From a virus, in IMG/VR virus record IMGVR_UViG_3300034073_001700, positions 1 to 64,000 of that record: 64,000 nt of DNA, one strand, 5' to 3'. Of the stretch, positions 38,235 through 46,255 are shown in pieces. Under the pieces are notes generated by a model, which did no database searches, was not told where the DNA came from, and saw only the letters and a program-made list of their open reading frames with translations. The first letter of the stretch is position 1, and each line of letters begins with the position of its first letter. The translations under genes were made by a program, and so were the position numbers.

Positions 38235-38431
38235 TTTTGGGGTGTCTGTGGGCTATCCCCTTTGTGATTTACCTCACATTGGAGGAGCGAAGATAGCGAG
38301 AAGCGTAAGTTCAATTGTGATAATTGTCACAAAAGCGACAAGCGCCCAAGGCGAATCGGAGGTGAGTAGGTCAAAAGTTTTATTCATAATGTTTTTCATT
38401 TTTAGTTTACCTTTCATTTTGTTATAGGAGA

Positions 38432-38460
38432 ATAATAACATAATAAACTGACAAAGTCAA
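38432..38460 (-). promoter_or_regulatory. Promoter TTGACT-17-TATTAT with embedded TGTCAG-N10
   Basis: Leftward member of the divergent promoter pair. Confidence 0.6.
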
Positions 38461-38580
38461 GAATAAACACGCCCAAGTTTTGTGGTGTTGGTCACATGTC
38501 CCAAATGTCCGATTTTGCTAGGCGATCTCCTAGCCCACGCAGTCGGGCGTGTCGCAGTGTCCGTTTTGTTACGTTTTACG

Positions 38581-38596
38581 TGTGATAATCCTCACA
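38581..38596. promoter_or_regulatory. CRP-family palindrome TGTGA-N6-TCACA
   Basis: Perfect consensus; further copies at 38263, 38316, 39955 and near-perfect at 38481, 39927, 42914, 44186. Confidence 0.65.
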
Positions 38597-38637
38597 AAAA
38601 AAGTTTTTAAAATGTCCGATTTGTTAGCATTTTGGAT

Positions 38638-38666
38638 TTGATTTTGTCGGTCTTTTATGTTAAACT
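38638..38666 (+). promoter_or_regulatory. Promoter TTGATT-17-TAAACT with embedded TGTCGG-N10 (PafBC-type)
   Basis: Rightward member of the divergent pair; SD AGAAAGG follows. Confidence 0.65.
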
Positions 38667-38699
38667 TACAGAGTAAGAAAATAAGAAAGGTGGTCTAAA

Positions 38700-38879
38700 A
38701 TGACTAACACTAAAATTAAAGTTAATGAGAATTATTATTCTACTAATGAAACTTTCTTTTGTTGTGATGAACAAGTAATTAAAATGTATTGCGAGCCTCA
38801 CGGCGAGGCTATGGGTTGCTACTATTGCGAGTTTGACTACACCGAGCCTTGCGAGTGTGAGCCAATTCACACAAACTAA
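38700..38879 (+). CDS. 59-aa Cys-rich protein (FFCCDE...YCEPH...GCYYCE...CEC), not in ORF track
   Basis: Hand-translated; SD AAGAAAGG; first gene after promoter. Confidence 0.65.
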   Translation: MTNTKIKVNENYYSTNETFFCCDEQVIKMYCEPHGEAMGCYYCEFDYTEPCECEPIHTN

Positions 38880-38947
38880 GTGGCGTGTCGTTTTGACTTT
38901 TGCCCTAAAAAATGAAATAATAGCAGTATAAAGAAAGGAAAACTTAA

Positions 38948-39148
38948 ATGAAATCATACTCAATTCCAGACCTTCTAATTGGTCACATCTACTACCCTTC
39001 CTCTATGGCGAGGAAATACCAATACGGCGAGATTAACTACGCCTCTAAGCGTGATGACATCTATTTATCAGAAGGCTATGAAGCCTACGCTATCCGTTTC
39101 AATGGTTGGAAATGGGCTACTATTGCGGTGAAAGTAGAGGATAACTAA
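38948..39148 (+). CDS. Small early-type hypothetical protein
   Basis: SD AAGAAAGGA, own promoter. Confidence 0.7.
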   Translation: MKSYSIPDLLIGHIYYPSSMARKYQYGEINYASKRDDIYLSEGYEAYAIRFNGWKWATIAVKVEDN

Positions 39149-39266
39149 ATGAAACTTCACGAATTCGTTGAAATGGTTGAGCGTGAGCGAGAGGCTACAC
39201 GCTTGACAAACTTAGAAAAAATCGCTAAAATTAATAATAACAATAAAGAAAAGGAAAAGAACTAAA

Positions 39267-39524
39267 ATGACTAACGCTACTTATACCGATTACCCCTTCA
39301 CCCTTAATGGTGTAAATTTTATCTCACGAGTATTTACTCACTCACACATGGCGCAAACTATTGCGAGCCTGCCTGAAGGTATCTTTGCTCAATTAAATCA
39401 AGACGCAGTTTCAGAAATTATTGGTGACCCTGCTCAATTAACTATTGAAGAATTAGAAGATGAGTTAAATAGAGTTAATGAAGGTGGCACTCATGCGTTT
39501 ATTTTGTTAGGAGAAAACGCCTAA
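39267..39524 (+). CDS. Hypothetical protein
   Basis: SD AAAGGA. Confidence 0.7.
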   Translation: MTNATYTDYPFTLNGVNFISRVFTHSHMAQTIASLPEGIFAQLNQDAVSEIIGDPAQLTIEELEDELNRVNEGGTHAFILLGENA

Positions 39525-39715
39525 TGATGACACGAAAAGACTATGTAAAAACTTCAAACATCCTAAAAGGATTTGCGGATGAAATTCATCCACAAGTCTT
39601 TGAGGATTTAGTGGAAGAATTCGCTCAATACTTTCAGAGCGACAATGATAGATTTGACAAAGCAAAATTTGAAAAGGCTTGCGGTGTTGATGAGTTAGGA
39701 CTAATTCCAGTATGA
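39524..39715 (+). CDS. Hypothetical protein (MTRKDY...DRFDKAKFEKAC)
   Basis: Coupled start/stop; recurrent phage small-protein pattern. Confidence 0.7.
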   Translation: MMTRKDYVKTSNILKGFADEIHPQVFEDLVEEFAQYFQSDNDRFDKAKFEKACGVDELGLIPV

Positions 39716-39904
39716 GAATTCTAACTACAATTGTTCAAATTGCGCTTATTGTTTCTATTTATTACACAATAAAAATTGCTAATGAAGAAAACTAAATTCG
39801 CAACATGCGAGATTTGCGGTAGAATTTTTATCGCAGATCTCAAATGCTTTGCTTGCGCTGCTAAACAAAATTAATTTAATTTTCAACAAAAACCGCCTAG
39901 GGGG

Positions 39905-39925
39905 TTATCCACAGGGTTATCCACA
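39905..39925 (+). promoter_or_regulatory. Two perfect DnaA boxes TTATCCACA, 12-bp period
   Basis: 39905-39913 and 39917-39925, intergenic. Confidence 0.7.
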
Positions 39926-39989
39926 ATGTGAATTAAGACACAATTTACGTATTTTGTGAATTTCCTCACAGATTTACGGCGTGTCTGAT

Positions 39990-40018
39990 TTGAAATTGTC
40001 AGTAGAAAATGATAGGAT
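39990..40018 (+). promoter_or_regulatory. Promoter with TGTCAG-N10-TAGGAT (PafBC-type)
   Basis: TGTCAG 39997-40002, TAGGAT 40013-40018. Confidence 0.62.
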
Positions 40019-40219
40019 AAAATCCTAAAATAAAGAAAGGAAAAACTAATGAAAAAAATTGTTCTTGTTAGTTATGTTGCTGAAGCAGATACAGATGTCG
40101 CTGCTATTTTCGCTCTACGCCGTTCTCTCGCTTATTTACCTGAAAGCGAATTAGAAAAGTTTGAAGCGTTTAATGTTGTTGATTTTGAAGGTAATCAAGT
40201 AGAAGGGTTGTTGGTATAA

Positions 40220-40717
40220 ATGGGTTTGGACATGTATCTAAGTGCCCGTAAGCACGTTGAAAAAATTCAATGGGATAAACTTGATCGTGATAGCGATACA
40301 AGGTATTCTGATGCTACCGCTCCACAATGGTTTGATGTAGTCAATGCTGCTGGTGTTGCTACTCTTGTCGATAAAGAAAGTATCTATGGTGTAGATGTAT
40401 CCGTCAATGTTGCTTATTGGCGTAAGTCTAATCAGATACACAATTGGTTTGTGATTAATGTTCAGCGTGGCGAAGATGATTGCGGTGAATACTATGTATC
40501 TAATAACAAGATAAAAGAATTGTTAGATACCTGCCGTGAGGCTTTGTCTAAGAAAGACCCTAATTTGCTACCGCCACGAGAAGGATTTTTCTTTGGCTCT
40601 ACTGATGTAGATGAGTGGTATTGGGCAGACATAAAGGACACTATCAAGCAATTAGATAGGCTTGTAAGTCTACCTGATTTTGATAAACTATCGTTCTACT
40701 ATCAATCATCTTGGTAA
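40220..40717 (+). CDS. Conserved phage protein (MGLDMYL...YWRK.NQIH.WF family)
   Basis: Characteristic N- and C-terminal motifs (GFFFGS, YYQSSW). Confidence 0.75.
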   Translation: MGLDMYLSARKHVEKIQWDKLDRDSDTRYSDATAPQWFDVVNAAGVATLVDKESIYGVDVSVNVAYWRKSNQIHNWFVINVQRGEDDCGEYYVSNNKIKELLDTCREALSKKDPNLLPPREGFFFGSTDVDEWYWADIKDTIKQLDRLVSLPDFDKLSFYYQSSW

Positions 40718-40747
40718 AACGGACAATTCGGACATGGTGTGTCTGAT

Positions 40748-40776
40748 TTGATTTTGTCAGCGCACCATGATAGGAT
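40748..40776 (+). promoter_or_regulatory. Promoter with TGTCAG-N10-TAGGAT (PafBC-type)
   Basis: TGTCAG 40755-40760, TAGGAT 40771-40776. Confidence 0.62.
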
Positions 40777-40802
40777 TTCAGTATTGAAAGAAAGGAAATA
40801 AA

Positions 40803-41021
40803 ATGGATAAATTGGAATACGCACTTCGTCAGATTGCTAACTGCGACCTATGCTTAGGCAGAGGTGTTGATTATTGGGCTAATGGCGAGGACTATGATTT
40901 TGAGGATTGTGTTTGTAATCCTTATGGAATTATCCTTGATGAAACTGGAGAGGTAATTTGGGATAATGGCTTATCAAGCGAGGCAGAATTATCTATCTTT
41001 GCTACTGCGGAGGCTAACTAA
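40803..41021 (+). CDS. Zinc-finger-like small protein
   Basis: CDLCLGRG...CVC; SD AGAAAGGA. Confidence 0.7.
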   Translation: MDKLEYALRQIANCDLCLGRGVDYWANGEDYDFEDCVCNPYGIILDETGEVIWDNGLSSEAELSIFATAEAN

Positions 41022-41023
41022 TA

Positions 41024-41305
41024 ATGGGAAGTAATTTTGCTAATGATTTGGCTTTGGCTGATAATCTAACTATTGAAACTCAGATAGAGATACACTTATC
41101 TGCTAATCACTACCCGCCCGTTCCTAAGACTATGGTTCAGCCTTGTGTTGAAGCCATAGATGCGGTCAATGACTTAGGGCTATGGGATTTGGAAATACCG
41201 CTACCCGAAGGCGTGTCATGGAAAGGTTTGACAACTGCCCCTGCTCATGCCATAATTGAAGCACACCACCTAAATGCGTGGATTATTGAAAGAGAGGAAT
41301 ACTAA
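41024..41305 (+). CDS. Hypothetical protein
   Basis: HL..NHYPPVP and HHL motifs; SD GGAGG. Confidence 0.7.
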   Translation: MGSNFANDLALADNLTIETQIEIHLSANHYPPVPKTMVQPCVEAIDAVNDLGLWDLEIPLPEGVSWKGLTTAPAHAIIEAHHLNAWIIEREEY

Positions 41306-41446
41306 AATGGCTAAAGTAAAAGAGATTTGGTCGTCTAAAATAACTTCAGACATGGTTTCTAACCTTGATGAAGATACTATTGAAGAATTAGTGGAAGCAC
41401 TAAATGATACAGTAATGGCAACCTGCGAGGATTTTGGAGTAGAATA

Positions 41447-41662
41447 ATGGAATACTTATACTCAGTAACTTGTACCTATGACGGAGAGCGCACCCCTCGT
41501 TGGGTGGGTCGTTATAGTGACGCACTATCGGCGGTAGAAACTTATCAAAAGTTTGTAGACCACGGAACTGCCTTAGAATACGCAACAATAAACTTGGCAG
41601 AGCCTAATGGAAAATTACATACCAAAAATCTCTATGCTAATGGAGAGATGAGCACTCGCTAA
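41447..41662 (+). CDS. Hypothetical protein
   Basis: SD GGAG; operon packing. Confidence 0.65.
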   Translation: MEYLYSVTCTYDGERTPRWVGRYSDALSAVETYQKFVDHGTALEYATINLAEPNGKLHTKNLYANGEMSTR

Positions 41663-41893
41663 ATGTCTGCTACAATGTTAAGCATGGAAGATTTCACTGC
41701 GGTAGACATTCTCAATGCCGACCAATTAGAAGTAGGAGATCTAATTGGTATCGGTGATGAGGTTGTAAAAGTTCTCGGTATTCAACCACTTCACTATGGA
41801 TTTAATCTTGCTATTGAAAATAATTTTGGCGAAAAAGATTTTGTTGATGTAAGCGAAGATGATAAATTTAATTTATATATAGAAAATTTCTAA
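41663..41893 (+). CDS. Small SH3/KOW-like beta-barrel protein
   Basis: ADQLEVGDLI...VVKV. Confidence 0.55.
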   Translation: MSATMLSMEDFTAVDILNADQLEVGDLIGIGDEVVKVLGIQPLHYGFNLAIENNFGEKDFVDVSEDDKFNLYIENF

Positions 41894-41960
41894 AACCGCC
41901 TAGCCAATTCGGACATTTCGGGCATTTGCATTTTTTGTATTTTTATGATAAGATTAATTT

Positions 41961-42098
41961 ATGTTTAAGAAAACGGCTGAAGAAATTCGGAGATTACAAG
42001 ACCTCCGCAGATCTAATGCTGCCCAACCATTAAGGAACAAAAAACAATACTCTCGCAAGATTAAGCACAAAAAATTTGACTTCACAGAAAATAAATGA
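41961..42098 (+). CDS. 45-aa basic protein ending NKKQYSRKIKHK, not in ORF track
   Basis: Hand-translated; apparently leaderless after TGATAAGAT. Confidence 0.6.
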   Translation: MFKKTAEEIRRLQDLRRSNAAQPLRNKKQYSRKIKHKKFDFTENK

Positions 42099-42124
42099 TA
42101 GAATTGTAAAAAAGAAAGGACCCA

Positions 42125-42844
42125 ATGAAACTAAAACGTTCAATGGATAGGAAGGTGACTAATGCAGTCTCAAGAAATGGAAAAACCCCAACAATTGCCA
42201 ACACTTTTGGACTCCCTGCTGGAAAGGCTTTCTCGTGCCCTGGTGCCACTAACACTTGTGAGAGCGTATGCTACGCAGGAAAACTCGAAAGAGTATACAA
42301 AGGAGTAAAAGCAGTATTATTACACAATTGGGAATTACTCAAAGACGCAGACCATGACACTATGGAAGCGTTATTGCAAGATATGATTGATGATTTCAAG
42401 AAAGATTGCGATAAGCGTAATGCGCCTAAGTTATTCCGTATTCACTGGGATGGAGATTTCTTTAGTGATGAGTATGCATTCGTATGGAAGCATATCGTAC
42501 TAAATAATCCTGATGTTAAATTTTGGGTATACACTCGTGTGGCTACCGCCGCAAATATCCTAAAGGGTATTGAAAACCTATCTCTCTATTTCTCTACTGA
42601 TAAAGATAATAAAGAGATTGCTATTAGTCTTAATAAGGACAAAGGAATTAGATTAGCATACCTTGCAGATACCTTCGCAATTGGGCAGGAAGACCTAAAA
42701 GCAATGATTGGAAAAGTAGGTGCTAAGTGTCCTGAGAATAAAAAGGCTATTCCATTAATCTCACAGGCTGGCAGCGCATGCGTGTCGTGTGGCTTGTGTA
42801 TTGACGAGAAAACTGATATAGTATTCTCTGCTAAGAAAAGGTAA
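42125..42844 (+). CDS. Gp88-like (radical-SAM-related Fe-S) phage protein
   Basis: SCPGAT..C..VCYA, FRIHWDGDF, FWVYTR, CVSCGLC. Confidence 0.7.
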   Translation: MKLKRSMDRKVTNAVSRNGKTPTIANTFGLPAGKAFSCPGATNTCESVCYAGKLERVYKGVKAVLLHNWELLKDADHDTMEALLQDMIDDFKKDCDKRNAPKLFRIHWDGDFFSDEYAFVWKHIVLNNPDVKFWVYTRVATAANILKGIENLSLYFSTDKDNKEIAISLNKDKGIRLAYLADTFAIGQEDLKAMIGKVGAKCPENKKAIPLISQAGSACVSCGLCIDEKTDIVFSAKKR

Positions 42845-43025
42845 ACTAAATGAAAATAATACTATTACTTGTGTGGGCATTGTTCTTGTTGTCAATATTC
42901 CATGCCCCGCTAAAGTGATCTACCTCACAAATCTCAAAATATGAGAAAATGTCAAAAATAACTTGACAAACCCAAAAATAAATGAAATAATAAATACCAT
43001 AACCGAAAACAAAGGAGAAATACAA

Positions 43026-43193
43026 ATGGCAGTATCAACAGCAACTTACAAGGTAGGCGACCTCTACACCTCACAGAAGTCAAAGGTGACAGGCACAATT
43101 ACCGAAATCAAGCCAAACAAAGACGGAAGTTCCGTTCGTGTAAAACTTGATGTCAATGGTAGCCCACGCTGGACTACTTGGACAGCAAAGTAA
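43026..43193 (+). CDS. 55-aa SH3/KOW-like protein (start re-called to MAVST)
   Basis: SD AAAGGAG before ATG 43026; YKVGDLY...VTG.I..I. Confidence 0.7.
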   Translation: MAVSTATYKVGDLYTSQKSKVTGTITEIKPNKDGSSVRVKLDVNGSPRWTTWTAK

Positions 43194-43209
43194 TTCTCAA
43201 TACGAGAAA

Positions 43210-43238
43210 TGTCCTGAGCATGACAACTAAAACTGCTC
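43210..43238 (+). ncRNA. H-type pseudoknot element copy 1
   Basis: TGTC-CTGAGCA-T-GACA-ACTAAAAC-TGCTC. Confidence 0.6.
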
Positions 43239-43297
43239 AACTTGATTTTCTAACATTTTTGTGTTAGACTAAATACAACCCAAACGAAAGGATAACA

Positions 43298-43720
43298 ATG
43301 GCAAGAAATGGAAAAGCCATAAATGTCAAGATTGCTACAACCAAAGTAATCAAGGCACTTGAAACTAAGTTAGCCGAAATCAACAAGAATAAGGCTAATC
43401 AAAAAGTCAATGAGGAGAAACACTCAAAGGCTATGGAGAAGTATAATAAGGAAGTCGCTAAACTTGCGGTATCCGCTATCGCTAAGGCAACTGACTTGTC
43501 TGCTCACACTCGCTATAATGGTGAAATCGCAGTATCTTTCAACTTACCTAAAGATACTATTGAACTACCTGCTGAACCTGAAAAGGATTTTGATACCTAC
43601 CACGATTGGCAGTATCGTGAGATGATAGAGGAAATTGAGAACGCAATTCGTATTCTCAAGATGACAGATGAGGAAGTAGTTTCTACTTCTACTTACAACG
43701 CTATCGCAAGATACCTATAA
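43298..43720 (+). CDS. Hypothetical coiled-coil protein
   Basis: SD GAAAGGA, own promoter. Confidence 0.75.
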   Translation: MARNGKAINVKIATTKVIKALETKLAEINKNKANQKVNEEKHSKAMEKYNKEVAKLAVSAIAKATDLSAHTRYNGEIAVSFNLPKDTIELPAEPEKDFDTYHDWQYREMIEEIENAIRILKMTDEEVVSTSTYNAIARYL

Positions 43721-43802
43721 TTGGTTGGGGGAGGGTATTTGACTCCCCCTTCTAAAAATGCTAAAATTAAATAAATAACCCAATAAACAGAAAGGCAAGT
43801 AA

Positions 43803-43970
43803 ATGACACTCGGAGGATACACTTATCAAGTAGGAGATTTATTCACTACTTCTAAAACAGGTGTTACAGGAAGAATAAACTCTTTCACACCTATTCGTCA
43901 AAATGTAACTCGTGTAGGTCTTACACTTAGCAACGGCGCAAAGCGTTTTGCTATGGTAAAAACTTACTAA
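43803..43970 (+). CDS. 55-aa SH3/KOW-like protein, paralog of 43026..43193, not in ORF track
   Basis: MTLGGYTYQVGDLFTTSKTGVTGRI...; SD AGAAAGG. Confidence 0.7.
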   Translation: MTLGGYTYQVGDLFTTSKTGVTGRINSFTPIRQNVTRVGLTLSNGAKRFAMVKTY

Positions 43971-44123
43971 TACAATTGTGGCGGGTTTCGGGTGTGTAAT
44001 CGGAATTCCCCCCGCCACAACTAAAAACTAAATAGAATTGGGTGATCGTCTGCGTTCACGGCAAACTGCGACATAATTCATGGTTGTGTTGATCTTTTTG
44101 CGAAAGTCCCTTGACACTCCCTA

Positions 44124-44165
44124 ACGCCTGAGTATGGAGGAAATCCTTTAGCGTCTAAACTGCTC
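44124..44165 (+). ncRNA. H-type pseudoknot element copy 2 (with inserted hairpin)
   Basis: ACGC-CTGAGTA-(16 nt)-GCGT-CTAAAC-TGCTC. Confidence 0.55.
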
Positions 44166-44289
44166 CCCAAAAATCCCCTAGGGGGTGTGATAATAAACAC
44201 AGTCCAATATGTGAGATTATTTACGTACTCGACTTGCTTTCCCCCCTAAAAAATGTTATGATTAGATTATCTAAAGAAAGGATAACCCA

Positions 44290-44553
44290 ATGATAGCAAC
44301 CGCTATTGCTTTACAAGAAACCAGCAAAGAGGCAGTATATGATGAAACCTCAATGATGATGGCTTCTGCTTTATTTCATGGCAGACACGAGATGGATGAT
44401 GAACAATTCCAAAGAGCAATTTTTATGTATTCCGCTCACCTCTCTGCTGTTGCCACAACTCTCGCTACAAATGTCCTCTTGACAAAAGAGCAGGTAGATG
44501 AGATGATTAATACCATACAAGAAATGGAAACAATGGGAAAGGACATTGAATAA
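44290..44553 (+). CDS. Hypothetical protein
   Basis: SD AAGAAAGGA, promoter TTGCTT-17-TATGAT. Confidence 0.7.
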   Translation: MIATAIALQETSKEAVYDETSMMMASALFHGRHEMDDEQFQRAIFMYSAHLSAVATTLATNVLLTKEQVDEMINTIQEMETMGKDIE

Positions 44554-44999
44554 TGGAAATGACTGAAACATTAGTGCCTGAGCACTATAATCCAAATCAA
44601 TTGGTAACCTATAAGGTTATCAATAATGGTGAAACCACATATCCAACCAGCAAGGTTGTTGATATCGAATGGAAATTAGAAAGTGCACGGGCTGCAGATA
44701 GACAACTATCATCTCTAAGACTTAGTGTCAGCAACTTAGAAGACATGCTGCCCAACTGGTTAGAAAATGAACCAGATACTGGCGAGATTGTCTCTGACAT
44801 CTGTCAACTATTCGGATTCAATCCTACCAAGGATGTTGAGTTTGAGGCCACGGTAACAATTAGCGGAATCATAACTGTTCCACTTGCAGAACTAAATGAT
44901 TTTGATATTGATAGTGTTGATTTAAATATCGATGCAAATTCTTATTCACATGATGTCGATATTCAGAATGTAGAAGTCGACACAATCACAACGCTATAA
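44553..44999 (+). CDS. Hypothetical acidic protein
   Basis: TAATG coupling with upstream gene. Confidence 0.7.
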   Translation: MEMTETLVPEHYNPNQLVTYKVINNGETTYPTSKVVDIEWKLESARAADRQLSSLRLSVSNLEDMLPNWLENEPDTGEIVSDICQLFGFNPTKDVEFEATVTISGIITVPLAELNDFDIDSVDLNIDANSYSHDVDIQNVEVDTITTL

Positions 45000-45077
45000 T
45001 AAATTTGCGGGGTTCATGAAAGGCCCCGCAATGTACGCAGCATCCCTCTTTCATCCTTTCTTATAGGGATCTGCAAG

Positions 45078-45106
45078 GGACCTGAGCACGTCCACGTAAA
45101 CTGCTC
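45078..45106 (+). ncRNA. H-type pseudoknot element copy 3
   Basis: GGAC-CTGAGCA-C-GTCC-ACGTAAAC-TGCTC. Confidence 0.6.
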
Positions 45107-45177
45107 CAATCAATCTCCTAGCAGGTCGATCTTGAAAAGTCAAATTTATGGCGTGTCGGTGCATTAAGTAATAGGAT

Positions 45178-45206
45178 TTGCTTTTGTCGCTGGTTTATGC
45201 TAAGAT
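45178..45206 (+). promoter_or_regulatory. Promoter with TGTCGC-N10-TAAGAT (PafBC-like)
   Basis: One mismatch to TGTCRG; same spacing. Confidence 0.5.
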
Positions 45207-45233
45207 TAGTTTATCTACAGAAAGGAAATAAAA

Positions 45234-46244
45234 ATGGCTCACGAATTAGAAACGCAAAATGGCGTTGCTTCTTTCGCTTCTTTTAGAGAACCTGCTTGGC
45301 ATGGTCTTGGCACAGTTTTCACAGAAGAAAAAAATACAGCAGAAATGCTTGCTGCTGCTAATCTAAACAATTGGAATGTTAGATTGGTTGATGTTGAAAT
45401 TCCAAATACTCTTACATCAGATAAGAATTATTCTTATGTTGTAAGAACTAACCCTACCGATAAATCTCAGACCGATGTTCTCGGTGTTGTCGGTGAGCGT
45501 TATCATGTTCTACAAAATGAGGATTTATTCTCTTTTGGTGACACTATGCTTGACGGCGGTGGCCGTTGGGAAACTGCTGGCTCCATTCGTGGTGGTCGTG
45601 TAGTATTCGGCTCTCTTGCTCTTGAGCGTGAGACAATTCTTGACCCTAATGGTGTTGCGGATAAGGTAAAGACTTATCTTCTAATCAATACCTCTCATGA
45701 TGGGTCTATCGCAATTCAGGCTTCAATCACGCCCGTTCGTGTTGTATGCGCTAACACTCTCAATCTTGCGTTAGGTCGTAAGGGTAAAGGCCCTAAGCAA
45801 TCTTTCAAGATTAGACACACACAGACCGCTAACGGCAAAGTTCAAATTGCTCGTGAGGCTCTTGGTCTTGCTAATACTTACATGGACGAATTCGATAAAA
45901 TGGCTAAGGCTATGATTGAAAAAGAAATCACAGCACAGCAATTTAACGACATCGTTCTCGCTGCTTATCCTAAGCCTGACAGCGACAAGAAAATCGCTAT
46001 CACAAAATGGACTAACAAGATTGATGTTATCAATGACATCTACACAGGCCAATTTAATGGCATGATTGCTAACACCGCTTGGGGTGCGTTCAATGCGCTA
46101 ACCGAAAGATTGGATTGGCATCGTTCTGCTCGTGGTGGTAATACTGAGGCAATGCTCGCTGCTGCTTCTGGTTTTGACCCATCAATTACAGCAGAAAAAA
46201 ATCGTTTGCTAAAAGTTGTAAAAGATGTTTTAGCCGTAGCGTAA
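45234..46244 (+). CDS. DUF932 / phage-plasmid-like protein (TIGR03299-like)
   Basis: REPAWHGLG, ETAGS..GG, LINTSHDGS, TPVRVVCANTL, TAWGAFNALTE. Confidence 0.88.
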   Translation: MAHELETQNGVASFASFREPAWHGLGTVFTEEKNTAEMLAAANLNNWNVRLVDVEIPNTLTSDKNYSYVVRTNPTDKSQTDVLGVVGERYHVLQNEDLFSFGDTMLDGGGRWETAGSIRGGRVVFGSLALERETILDPNGVADKVKTYLLINTSHDGSIAIQASITPVRVVCANTLNLALGRKGKGPKQSFKIRHTQTANGKVQIAREALGLANTYMDEFDKMAKAMIEKEITAQQFNDIVLAAYPKPDSDKKIAITKWTNKIDVINDIYTGQFNGMIANTAWGAFNALTERLDWHRSARGGNTEAMLAAASGFDPSITAEKNRLLKVVKDVLAVA

Positions 46245-46255
46245 TAAAATACGCA

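Noticed and set aside
43210-43238. Hammerhead ribozyme or fluoride riboswitch identity for the repeated RNA
   Set aside because: No CUGAnGA...GAAA core and no GAUG..../CUGAUG fluoride consensus
44058-44110. c-di-GMP-I riboswitch (GGCAAAC...GAAA)
   Set aside because: Required P2 stem/tetraloop arrangement and GCAAAG segment are not in the right order
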